From assembly GCA_964658305.1 (NCBI GenBank), contig OZ210884.1, forward strand, positions 5,704,001 through 5,768,000: a stretch of 64,000 nucleotides of DNA, given 5' to 3'. This stretch comes from Leptogorgia sarmentosa. Lineage: Eukaryota. Below the pieces are notes generated by a model. That model had not been told where the DNA came from and made no database searches. It worked only from the letters and a program-made list of their open reading frames with translations. Position 1 is the first letter of the stretch. Each line of letters starts with the position of its first letter. Positions 24,140 through 37,500 of the stretch are shown here, piece after piece. The position numbers were made by a program, and so were the translations under genes.

Positions 24140-24700
24140 GTTGTGATTTGATTATTCACAACTGTTATAATACCTAAACTACGTTAAAATGCTAATGTTA
24201 ATGTTAACTCGGCTAGAGTGTAATTATGTTAACTTAATCGCTATTAATTAATAAAATTGTTTAAAAAATGTGTTTTATGTGCTTATGCTAAAATTTCGAA
24301 AAAGGAATGGCGCTCTGAGTTACATGCTGAGGCTAGTTCATCACTTCTGTTTAAGTTCTGGTCGGCGGATGATTAATACTTTTCCAAGGTTGCATAGCTG
24401 CCATCTCTTGGTTGGTTTTATTGCTGTACGGTCTTGTTTTGCGTAGTATGTTCCATTCTATTGTGTACTCTTTCTCATCATCTTTTAATTTGCAGGCTTG
24501 CTTGCTCAGCTCTGTGCTGTTACCCTTGCTCGGGTTTTGAAGTCGTTTTATGGAAATTGAATCTTTCCGGCTGGACAAAAAATACCAGTATTTTCTACCA
24601 ACATTCTACACTCAACATTCGGGAAATTTTGCTCGTTCCCCCCCCCAAGGGAGAGTAAAGTTTGTTTTGCTGCAAGCATATGAATTTCTTCAACTAACAA
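24090..24700 (-). mobile_element. Penelope-like retroelement remnant (GIY-YIG endonuclease C-terminal fragment plus terminal region)
   Basis: Degenerate translation NSTELSKQACKLKDDEKEYTIEWNILRKTRPYSNK and, after a frameshift, LNRSDELASAC. Both resemble the end of Penelope ORFs. A hammerhead-like motif follows downstream. Confidence 0.7.
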
Positions 24701-26120
24701 TAACATTTCAATATTATATGGGAGCAAAACGAACAACAAACATACATTACATGCATGACAACCAGGTTGGGTTACAACTTCTGTCACGCAACATGCAGGC
24801 AACCATCATACAGGTGTGAAAAAGTTCATGAACATCTTTTTTTTACTGGATTATACTCGCCTTCGCGTGCTTTGTCACCATGGTGATATCAAGCTTTATA
24901 AATATTCATGAAGTGGATGTGAAGTATTTTGTATCGATGGTAACTAGCACAAAATAACAGTGCAGACTGCCATGCAGAAAATCATTATTGTACTTCATTC
25001 GTGCCGACACAATATATCGTGGATGAATAATATTGTGTCGAGTTCATGATATCTATCTTTTTGGATATTAGAATACAAACTTTTAAAAAAATTAGTTAAA
25101 CAGCTTTACGAGAAAGTGATTGATTTTTTGAAAGGAAAACATGCAGGTACCAGGATAGCACAAATAGAAATAGAAAACAATCAGCTAACATTGCATATCG
25201 CGGGTCTATTTCGTACACGCAAATTAATAGACGTGTTTTAAAACACGTGGCAACTGTCAACCTGTGACCTCGTAGACTGCGTACTTGCAATAACATTGTA
25301 CAAAATTTGCAAGACGGCCATTTACAGCTTGAGTCTATAAAATCATGAAGCATAAAACTGTTTTACAAGATGTTCATAAACATTTACTGAACCTCATGCT
25401 TGGCTTGTCAACAAATCCAAAAACGCAAGCCCGATATGGTATAATATTGCAGACTTGTAACAACATTTAGGTACCGCAATTTAGTGTGCAATTTTAGGAT
25501 TTTACCGTTTGATTGACCGCGATATTCACTCATCGCTTTGTCAGAATCGCCTAAACACATACACACGAAACCGAATGGCATGAGCAGTGAGTTGATTGAC
25601 TCACTCTAGGGGGTGGCTATTTCCAGCGCGAAACAGTCCCATAAATGGAGCAACATTAGAAACCGAGCATATTCAAAAATCCCATATGTTAACATGGAAT
25701 ATTCCATATTCACTTGCTGAAGTTATTCTACGCACTTGGTAATATGTTAAATTGATTGCGCGACAGAACGGCATTAGCTGTGATGAAAAACTGCGGCTTA
25801 TGTCAGTTACGTGTTTTACGAAAATATGATAAGGGGTTCTCGCCATATCCTCTCCTCATGATCTTAACATTTTAAACAATTTTGTCCTTTTGAGTGCAGT
25901 CTTTGAAAGACTGAAGGACGTGATAGTAAGCCAGACAAGAAATCAAATATAATTCTCCTTCGATCCAAGAGCGCTTGCCGAATAGTGATGACATTTCATT
26001 CGCAAATCCCATCAAAATGATTAGAAATATTCGTTCTCATAAAATCTTATAAAAGAAACAACATGTATATAGAACAATATATTAGATAAAGCAAGTCTTA
26101 AAGAAAAGAATAAAAGTAAA

Positions 26121-26283
26121 GGTTCGCTGATACACTGGCGATTTTTGCCGGCATTTTAGGAGCGATGTTTTCTATGAGATTTCATAACTTGGAACATCTC
26201 TAACTGATCAACTCCTTCACATCGTTCAAAAGGACAAAAATCTCACCTACATTCGCAGCAAAAATTGCCGGTGTAAATGAGCC
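26121..26283. mobile_element. Degenerate MITE, Harbinger-like
   Basis: Inverted ends TACACTGGCGATTTTTGC / GCAAAAATTGCCGGTGTA, with GG..CC termini and TTA on the right flank. Confidence 0.6.
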
Positions 26284-28510
26284 TTAAAAGAAATTCATGA
26301 CTTTGAACGAGCAAGAAATCAGTTTATAAAAAAATTATAGCCATTTTTCAAATTTTTCCTTTGATATTGTTAATTTTTGTTTTGTGCACGCTCCTCTTTT
26401 TTTTTAATTTCCCAGGGGAAAAGAGCAACAATTTTTAGGTAATAAATCAAATTTATGAGAGCAACTTATATTTTAGCATTGAATGACTCCCGTTGTCAGT
26501 AATTCATAGCGCATTGCATTGTGGTTTCATTGTTATCACTGATATTCCATATCTCATTAAGATTCATTTATGCGCTGACCCAGGCAAGAGCAGTTAGGCA
26601 AGCTACGGTCAGGTGTAGGATGGCCAACATCAACATTTTTGCAAAATGTTTTATTATTTGCATTCAGGCATGTTGTCTTGAATATCAGTGACACCAATGA
26701 TACCACAATGCAACGGGCTTCACTACTTAAATTCATAACTTTTGGCTCATTCATTACAAACAATAGTTGGAATTAACATTCAATAGAATTAGGTTATACG
26801 CCCTTGACACACTTTCCGAAAAATACGAGGATACTATATAAATTTCTGCCTTAGCCGACGTGCGAAGTAAATTTTCCTACTTATCGCGTATTGATGTGTT
26901 ATATTTCTTCCCAATCTCATTATAGCTTAGCCTTCTGAATTTCCCATGTCATTCTGCAAATGATGTTACGATATTCAGCTGTACAGTAGTTTCAGTGACC
27001 AATCATGGAGCATGCTTTGAAATCCTGAATTCAAACATGCATGCCGATCTGTAGTTAGTAAGACCATCACAGACATAAAATCTTGTAGATTTTTATTGCT
27101 TTCGCGACTGCTCTATATATATCGCTTCAGTATATAACAGGCCGTGCGTTTCAGATAGAGAGAGATTCCCATTGATCATGAAATAACTCTTGCAACTTTC
27201 AGTTAGTGAACTAAAGAAGGCTACTTCAAAGTTGTTGGGTGCGAAGTTGGGTGATTTTTGATAAAACACTAAAATTAATTATTGTTTATTTTAGATTTGA
27301 ATCATCCACGATTGCATGTGTTACGTTCACGCTTATTTATAACGTCGAGTTGACATCATGCGGTTTGTGAAATATTTGATGATTCAAATGCAATATTGAA
27401 CTGTGAATGATCGGATTTTTAACTTGTACAAAATCAAACATATTTAGAATGCATGGTAAGCATGACGTCACTGAAAGTGATTATAAAGTAATATTAATCG
27501 ACGGCGTGTTGCGATTTGAAGAAAACTCCATCAGCAAATACATTGAGAAATTTTTAAAGAATGTGCTAGAGCACGATCAGTCTCTATATAAGTATAAAGT
27601 GCGATAGGTAACGAAATATTACGAGTTGCCAGACTATACCGGTCATACACTTATTGCGAAACACCTATATATACACTGAAAAATGGGACAAATTTTCTTT
27701 GGCATTATACAGTATAAAAATTATACTTCATTTAATAATAACACTGAAGAAAATACGAAATAATTGAAAACAATGTAACCCGTGAGGAATGTACAATGAA
27801 CACCCTAGCTGCCTAATGCAATATTCTCGCGTTGAAACGTGAGATTAGCAAATGTTTGCGTTTGAGATGAATGATATTCCATGTAATTAATGAGAGTAAT
27901 TCTTTTAGTAGATGGTTTTAAATCTGTTTAACCACGTATAGTTATTGTGATGCGAAAGGCTATTTATAACTGCATATTTTGTTTTCGTGTGTCAAGTAAA
28001 TTTGTTTTAAGTGCTGCAATCCTGTCATCAATCAAATGAGCCTGTTGGCACGGGCAGTCGAAGAGATTATTACAAACATTTTCTTCTGAAGTGGCCATGT
28101 TGTGTCAAATTCCAGCCGCTCCATGAAAAAAGCAAGCCACAACTTTTTTTTCAAATATAGATCCATGGCGGAACAGCAGTGTTTATAGAAGTGCGCAAAT
28201 AGCCTTAAGATACAAGGATTACTTTACATTAATAATTAGACATTCCAATAGCGTCTAATTATAGCGCATGAATGTGAAAGGTGATTGGCTAATATTCACA
28301 CAGGATTTCAGAATCCAGGGGTCAACTTGAAGACCTAAGTGGTATTTGTAAAGAAATTCAATACCTCGACATTTCCTCTCATGTTTCATTATTGGCATGA
28401 GACCAACCTTCAGCAAAGCATAGGATTGGTTAATCATATACGATGGATGTTGCTTCGACGCAAAGCGATTAGTCGGATTGCTTTTTCGTGCGCTAGAGTC
28501 TGCGTCGAAT

Positions 28511-31500
28511 ATGGCTTACTTGCAATGCTTAATTCTCTTCTGTTGGATTGTTTATGTATCCACTAGTTCACAAGACTTGAGCATTGGAGAAAAGAGTTAT
28601 TGTTGTTCAACATGTGATTGCTTTCCTGATAAATCTGAGCCCAATTCAATTCGAGTTGTTTGCTCAAATAAGAGCCTTAGTAAAGTGCCAGCCGATTGTC
28701 CATGGGAGAATATCACCGAAATGTAAGTATTGATCCTATGGTTTTGAAACAAGGACGTTCATACAATCACAGTCATTAATCTTTATCTTAGTAACATCTG
28801 TTTCATTTCATCGTAGCAAGGCGATTGTTTGAGCTTCAGAAAGCTGTGTCAACTGTCAGCAAAGTACAGTTCGACGCAGTAAGAATAAAGACTTTTTGCG
28901 CATAGCGAAAATTTGGTAGCTTTCATGAACCAACCCTATTATATACATCACAATCTTTTGAATTAAACATGTTATACGTCGCAATGTTTTGACCAATTTA
29001 AGATACGCGAACCTTAACGCTATTTCAAAAATTTACGCCAACCAAACACATTATATTACTCACTTTAAATGTCGCGTCAAAATCTTGAATTGGGTCAGAT
29101 AACTTGCGTTGCGTAAAGATGTCGTTAGATTCACGCATGTTTGTTTGATGGTAAGACTCTCAATAGAAGAACACGTCAGAAAAATACGCTTTGGTTGTTG
29201 TATTTATTTATATTTCTGGCGGTGCCGCAGATTTCTGTTGCGGCGTTGTTAGTTTAGGCACCACAATTGAATTCTTTGTTTATTTGCCATATTTCGCGAA
29301 GCTTTTATTGAACAATTTGTCCATGGATGCGTGAAGCACCAGAATTCAGTGTAATAGCGCAAAAGGAATCAAAGAAACACGAAAATACATTCTTCTATCA
29401 TCATATCTTGGAAAATATCACAAATTCGTAGTATTTCTCAACATTTGAATCACATGTGACACGTTAATTTCTTTTAAGATACGTTTTTTTTATCAAAGAT
29501 TTGTTTTGTTATGGATAGCAAAAATTGTAAATGAAAGAATGCGTCGGCTGTTTGATAGTCTTAAACAGTATGCCTGTGCAGTCAACAGGAAGCTGTTCAT
29601 AAGAATTAATATATCGGTACGCAATGATTGAAGTATGCGATGTGTTACTTCACTAATGCGGCTTGGCATAAAACGCATTCCACATATTACCAACGCACTA
29701 GGTTAACGTATCCCAATCCTATATTCGCGTTTGCGCAAATTCAGATATTGCGCCGGTGGCCACGCGCTCTCTCCATGGTTATTTAGGCGCATTTGGATAC
29801 ATTGCATTCTTACATTGCATTCTTAGTAGTCATATTAGCGATGACTGCGCTACTGCGCGATTGCGCATATCACTATCACTGAAATCGTTTAAAGTATAAC
29901 TCAGTTCATTAATCCCACACCTTTCATATTTCAGTCACTATTAAAATGATAAGAACGCTATTCATGTTAACACTTTCAATGCGTATAGTCATTTGCTTTA
30001 ATTTCATCCTCAGGCTGAATAGATTGAAGTTTACTATAAATACATAAGCTATTTTGACTTCTGAACTGCGCGCGATAATATCAGTGAACATTCGCACGAA
30101 TTTCAAACCAGGAAAAAGTGATATAGTGAGTATAATACACTAGAATGATGAACAACCGTATGAGACGTTTTGTGATTGAAAAATTGCAGCGGGGACGGGA
30201 CTTCAGTGGCGAAATTCTTCTCAAAGATTGCTATGTCAAGATTGACCATGTGTTGCGAATAAGCATGCATTTTAATTGTCTCAAGAAATGTACTTCTAAA
30301 GATTACATGGTCAACGTTGTATAATAGTGTTCATGGATAGTGAAACAGTAATAACTTTCAACACAGGTGAAATACTGGATCTGTACACGCGTGCTCGCTG
30401 AAATAGCGCGGCTATTTTGTCTGTTACGAGACCACGGGGAACTGAAAAGTCTGTCATTAGAGTTGTTATGATTACATGACATGACTGCATGAGTATATTT
30501 TATCATACAAATACAGTCATAGGCCTGTTCATTAGAATGCTATAAATAATTGAATATTCATAATCCTACAATGCAAAATATGATACGGTTTTAAAACCTA
30601 TTCACTCATTAAATTTTAATAAACTTGTGTGGAATAACAACGACTTCAAATCCGTTGCCACTTTGAAAACATATTTTTGTTATAAAAAGATTTTGCTGCA
30701 AGAAATTGTTCATTACGATTTATTTAAATGCTAAAAATATACAGAATATAACTTTTCAGGACATAATACATATGGTTGGTACCTTTGTATTGTCTGGTAC
30801 TGTCATTTCATTTAAATAATGCATTATTTTATAACTTTTCTAGGGATCTACATGACAACAATATTACAGAAATTTCAAAAGAAACGCTTCAAAAATTGAA
30901 GAACGTTCAACATCTGTAAGTACACTTTACAGAACACCCAAGGCAATTGTTACTCATTCGTATATCTCTTATATCTTGTTTGTTTATGCACCAAACAAAT
31001 AGGTCCTAATGCTGGATCTTGTGCGCCAATTAATCTAGTAACGTGATAAAAGTGATATATTCTCAAATCAAGTCCAATTACTGCGGCATAAGCAGCTCTC
31101 CATAAAGAAAGAGAATAGAATACGATGTTTTTATATTTACCTCGAATGCATTCGGTATTTTTACAGGTATATAGCTATAGATGAGACAAAGTAATATATT
31201 TGGATTAAAACGCTTTTTCAGTTGCTTCCCAGTTCACACTTGATGAATAAATTTCGTGATTTTCAATTTTGCTGCATGCCATATTTTTTGTGACTTAAAA
31301 ATCAATTAAATCGTCGAAGAATTTTTGTCATTCTAACGAGTAATCGTACGATTTTCCATGCTGCAGCAATTTTAGTGGATTTAAATTTTAGGCGAGTGGG
31401 CGAAATTAGAACACGAGCAATGTTTGTGGAATTATTGGGTACATGGATTTACAGAAAGATTTTCTGAATAAGAAAGGCGTAACACTTGCCATTTGAATCA

Positions 31501-34500
31501 TTAAAATTATTGAGATACTTTGTACAGAATTAGCCTTTTAAATTAAAACAACGTCGACTAATTGTAATCAGTCTCAAGGAAAACGCTTTAGGCAATATTT
31601 CCTTTCACTGACCGACAGTTTTCTGAAAAGTATCTAAACCTATCGGTTAACCCTGTGTTTTATTACAAACAGCACATTGTGATAAAGTATCCAGCAATCA
31701 CAATCTTATATCACTGCGATAGCTAAAGCGCTACAGCTTCAATATTCCGATTAAAAAATTTTTACGTGAATTTATTCATAGCTAGTATTCATAAAATTCT
31801 GAATTTAAATTAACATTGTTGCACTACACCTATAAGAAATGTGCAACCCCCCAAAGGTTGGGATGTTGTGCAAAATGAAGTCTGTAAAATCTATTGTATA
31901 GCCGATTTATTTCTTGGCCTAGAAACGTTTTAAGTTTTCGAAACTAAATAATATTGTAGTAATAAAAAGCCCCGAAAACTTAAACCGCAGATTCCGGTAA
32001 TAAGGGCGAATTACTATAATATGTATTGGTGTATGATCACAGTATTACAACTGCATAATGCTTCTTAATTGTGGTTAATTTGTTATCCTTCTCAAGTTAA
32101 CAACAGTCAGTCATTTGTCTCGATACAAAAGAATCTAGCATATTCTCCAAGAGAGTGATAATGTTGGAGATTGTCGACGGCGCCTTTTACTCGTAATGGT
32201 GTTTAAACAGACTAAGAAGGAATTGAGATTGCATGGATTTTAGTAAATAATGACATTTAGAAGACGATCAGGTGTTAGCAAGATTAAATTTTATAATTCC
32301 AGTGTATGCAAAACTGTTGATGATGTGTCCCTTCTGGTGTATTTGGCTGTTTTAATTAAAAATTCCATCGCTGATCACACACAGAACTTATATCGTTTCC
32401 ATTAATTTGAGTTTTCAAACGTATTTACTCATTTCGTAACTATTGAAAGGGCAAGCCCTGGTATAATAACGAAAAACGTTTCAATACTACGTTAAAAGTG
32501 TTAGCAGACATTATGTCACAATATTTGTAACTGTACCTTTTTGCTAAGATCGAGTGTGATGCAAAATATACTTGAGGGATTAGTGGATCAAACTACTCGA
32601 AAGATTTAAAATGAATATGACACAAAACAGTTTATTGTCTTAAAGCACAGGGCTCCTAAAAGTATAATTAATGTTGAGCCCGCTGTTTGAAAAGCAAAAT
32701 GTTTGCCTTACGAATATTCGTAAAAATTACCACTGCATGCAGTACACCTATATACATACATTCTATAGATTTTTGTTTCTATATTATTTCTTTTTAAAAC
32801 GCGAGGCATTTATTTATTCTTTTTTTATTTCACAAAATCACTTGGAAGTAGAAAAAGCAAAGATATCCAACATTCATTAAAAGCTCATTACATATAAATG
32901 ACGTCAATATGACGTCAATTAGTTACACTGCTTTTTCAAAAGAGGAATTTCTTAATTAATAACGTGCATGACAATAGAATCGATAAAAATATTACGGCAC
33001 GGTTTAACGAAATATTTATAGACTGTAATTAGCAAATTTCTGTTCCACTCTCATAAAGATTTACATATATATATTTTGCAATTCAATCTAGATAACAATG
33101 ACTACGTATATAGTTACAAAGGATAGAATAATTATACTCTGAGACAAATTTTCAATTAAAATATGATCGTATAAAGTGGATGAGGGAAGTATTCATATCA
33201 TGTTTGACCAACATTTGTGTATTAATTAGTACTCTATTGGTACGTCATTGACTCTACTCTATATCCGTTCGGCATTCCAAAATATATTGCTGTCATTGAT
33301 TTGCTTTTAAGGAAACTAAGCATACCCACTAGGCAAAATAGTCCGACACATGATACGTGATAATCTTTATTGCTTTATCACTGGTAAACAATGCATGTCA
33401 ACTTTTAAAAGGTTCAGCAAGGAATGATTATGGTAATTTAGCCACCTTTCAGTTTTTATTCAATTTGACAAATATAAACTTCCGTAGTTTGCTTCAATGC
33501 AGCCATAACAATAACTAGGGAAGCTATTTTAGGATACAAAGCGGACAATAGAAGCAGGTCAACATGCAAGGTTATACAATTACGTTCGTATAGTTGAATA
33601 TATTCTTGTGGTTAACAGTTAAATTTGAGACATATATTTTTTTAGCATGGTGAATAATTCTCATTAACAATGCCCCTAGGATGGTTAAAGCAAATTAAAT
33701 CTGTAAGCCCATTTTTATTAACCAACCACTTACCTCAATCTTCGCAGTAATTTATCCATATCGGGTTATATGGTGTAATATTTACGCACCACATGATACG
33801 CTTAATGAAATTGATCTTAATTTGAACACCACTTTTTCGCTTTACTTCATTTCTAGTGTAATTACTAATAAAACATCTTATTAAGGAAATGTGAACAAGT
33901 GTGGAAATGCTATTTCCTACCTAGCTATGAATAACTTATCTTTCAAAGTTCGAGATGACAAATTAAATTAGACTTAATTATCCCGACAAACCAAAAATGA
34001 TAGTATTTTTTCAACAACATTTATAAATGCCTCTTAATTTTCTTTCTTGAAAGTTTGCCAGTGCTTGAGAGTGAAACCGCCAAGCAAAATTCACGTATAC
34101 AGGTTTTACTATTGATGAAAAAAAAATCGTAATAAAGTCTTTGTTTGTCAGTTTGATGTCTCATTCCAGTGCTGTGCCTTTAATGATTCTGTTTAGTCTG
34201 GACCATCCGCAAATTTTACAGCTTTCATCAGATTACATTAGATCATAGGCAATTAAAGGAATCAACCGAAAGCATATATACAGTATAGCTGCATGACACT
34301 GTGGTACTCGAATTCGATCCCTGTTATTTCGCTTTAAACGCGTTTCAGTACTTTATATTGACTATTTTAAACAAGAAATAAGCATGTAACTGTTGACTTT
34401 TCCGGGTTAAACAAAGGTAAACTCACGACTGAATGTTTTCATATAAAACTCAGACAACAGCACTACAACAAATGCGATAGTTCTGTGCTGAATGTAATTG

Positions 34501-37500
34501 AGTATCCGCCAATAACATTGTTAAGTTTCAAAAGTTTCTTGCTTGACAATTAAACATTGAATTGCCTTATATAGAACTACTTGGCAATAAATAAAGTTCT
34601 GGTTGTCCGTCTATACTAAATATATTTTTAAAATCATACAAGTATAAAGGCCTTATGGCAACTTTAACGCATTTTAATAAGAGTCCTAGGAATTCGTATA
34701 ATCTGTTGACCACATGCAAAAGTAATCCCTTGTTTGTGTATGGATTATTCTAAAACTGACTCGCATGCCAGTTTCCAAAAAAAAAAAATCGAACAACATA
34801 TTTCTTTGCTTACCGAATTTTTGTGTTCATTGTTGACAAAGGACTTTAGAAGCTACAGATGCCTTTTGGAAATTTCACCAATCAAGAATGAAAACTGATT
34901 TTATTTAAATCATTCCCAACCTTTAATTTTGATAATGAGCTTATCCCTTCCATAAACAAGTTCAAGTTTAACAGCAATTTTGTTGTTATAGCTTGCATGG
35001 TGATGGATGATGCAAAAAACTGAGCCTTTTTTCTATGTAGCACTGCTGAAAATCATTATTTTCAAACATATGTACTGAATAAACTATATCCTATCTATCT
35101 GACTTCTTTTCTGCAATTACTAGTTAAAACAGACAGATACTGCATGTAGCTGGCATTGATACATTCTCTGTCATAAGTGATACTTGTAATTTTTTGATAT
35201 TATGTGCAAATGAGTGTGATTAAGTTTAAGCCTTTCTCACCTTATATGTTTATCTCTCCAATAAGTCGACGAGAGTCATGACATAAATTTTTAATCATTT
35301 TATTAATTACAGTATTTTAGCCCACTCGGATAAAAAAATATTCAAAGTTTTTCCCCCATCATGTTTGGAGATTTCATCTGTAATTATATGCATACAAAAT
35401 ATAGCACCTTTTTAGATTCTTTGCTGCAAAAAGCGCTTTTGGTTGAGTTTTTAGTCACGTTTGTCTAATGTAACTCAACAAACCTCTTTCCTGTCTGATG
35501 TTTTGGATATTATATAAATGTGCGATATATTAGGGGTATTAAGGGATATCCAGCAGATCCTGTGTACTAGTCAATTAAGGAGGAGCGGTGAGGCCCATAT
35601 TTTAGTTCTTTCCGCCGGTCTCTATGCTTTTCCCTCTCTTCCCCAATTTACCCTCATTGGGCGGTCTCAAACGACGATTAATAAAGCACAGCAAACACGA
35701 TATTCCAATAACTTGTAAATGATATTATTCTTGGCAAATCCTGATCATTAGCTAAACCTAATTACCAAGCTGCGGCATTGACAGTATATTTTGGAGTAAT
35801 GAATTTATATAAATTAAAGGAAATTTTGACAATCGTTTGGCAGTGTTGACTCACCTTGCTTCGTCAAATGAAAGTTTGATGATCGAAGGATATCCTAATT
35901 CTAACTAACTAACCATTGACATTTGATCAGTTTACCATATGTCCGACATGATGAGATATCTTGCTGATATAGACTTCTTCCGACACAATTTATTTCATGT
36001 GATTATGATGTAATTACGGCAAGAGTCATTACACATTAATTCAATGGCATTTTTTTCATTGAATATGGCTTGCGTCATTTCTCAATCATTATAGCCCAAA
36101 ATATTGTCTAGGGAATCATAACATAATCTAGTTGATTAGTCACGCCGTGAACTGACGAAAACAATTTGTACAAAGTAGTGAAATGTACAGGAAAAATGTG
36201 CTAAATGTATAACTTTTTCGTGTAGTATCGAACTGTCGTAGCGAGTTGTAGGGTTAATTTACATTGTACACTTTGAGTTGTAAGCGCATTGCATGCGACA
36301 GTTGTAAACGAAAATTGTACAGTGTAAATACTGTATATACTGCCTCAACTAAATAAATTCATGAGGCTGTTCGGAATTTGTTCCGGCAACAAACTCAGTT
36401 TTTTCGTTGATTGCTTAATTTTTCATATTCAGTTGATTTTATTAAGAATAGACAAAATAAGAATATAATTAATGTGTAACCAGTGCAGATCTACAGGCTC
36501 TACAGCTTACAAATCTACAGCAATAATCGTTGCCAATCGTGTTGTTTTACGCCCCGCAAACCTATATATTAGCATGTATATACTGACGTAGAAATTCATA
36601 GAAAAAAGATCCTACTTTATTTCGAAAGCTTGAAGTGAGAAATTGATTGCCATATTGAAGATGGACGATGAGAGATAATAATAACTGAAGGTCACTCATT
36701 GGTAGATTTTTTTTCCCATTGCGTGGATCGCCAAAGTATGTTATTAGTGTAGGAAATGGCTAAGTTCAAGAAATGCCAAAAAATTATAAAAAAGTTCAAA
36801 TGTAAAAAAAGTACAATTTTTCATCAACAATACATTGTGTAATCTATTAGTATCATTCTAGTACAATTTCGGTCAACATTCAATACATTCAAGTGTTAAA
36901 AGTTGTGAAAATAAATGACAATAACTAAAAATTTTAGCGTTTTTTTAATTAATCTTGTTTATATATTCATCCTGGACTCAAAACAGAGTCATTAAGCATG
37001 TGCTTAATTCGCACAGTTCTCAATAGTTTTTACCCAATCAGCGTCCAGGAAATTGACTACAATGACATTAAAATAGACACCAGTAAAAATGAAACATTTC
37101 AACAATTGAGAGGTGAGAGAATATAAAAAATAGTTCTACAAATAATGGCACATATCAATTTAAATCTATTCATATGTATGAGATAGAAACATATTGCTCA
37201 ACAATAACATGCATTCTCAAGTCCAGCAAACCCAATGCATATCTATGGCTATACAGAATCCCTATTAATAAATATAAATGTATATGTGTGTATGTAGTCA
37301 CAAAATATGGCCATATTATCATACGATATCACACTGACTCGTGGGTCACTGACTCAAGACTCAGTTTAGGCCAAAATTGAAATTTATGGATATTGATAGT
37401 CATTGATTGTCATTTATAACCGATATAACCTATACAGATTGCATTGGGATCAATGATATCATATGACATGAGAAGGTGACTTATCTTGTATTGAATGCTA

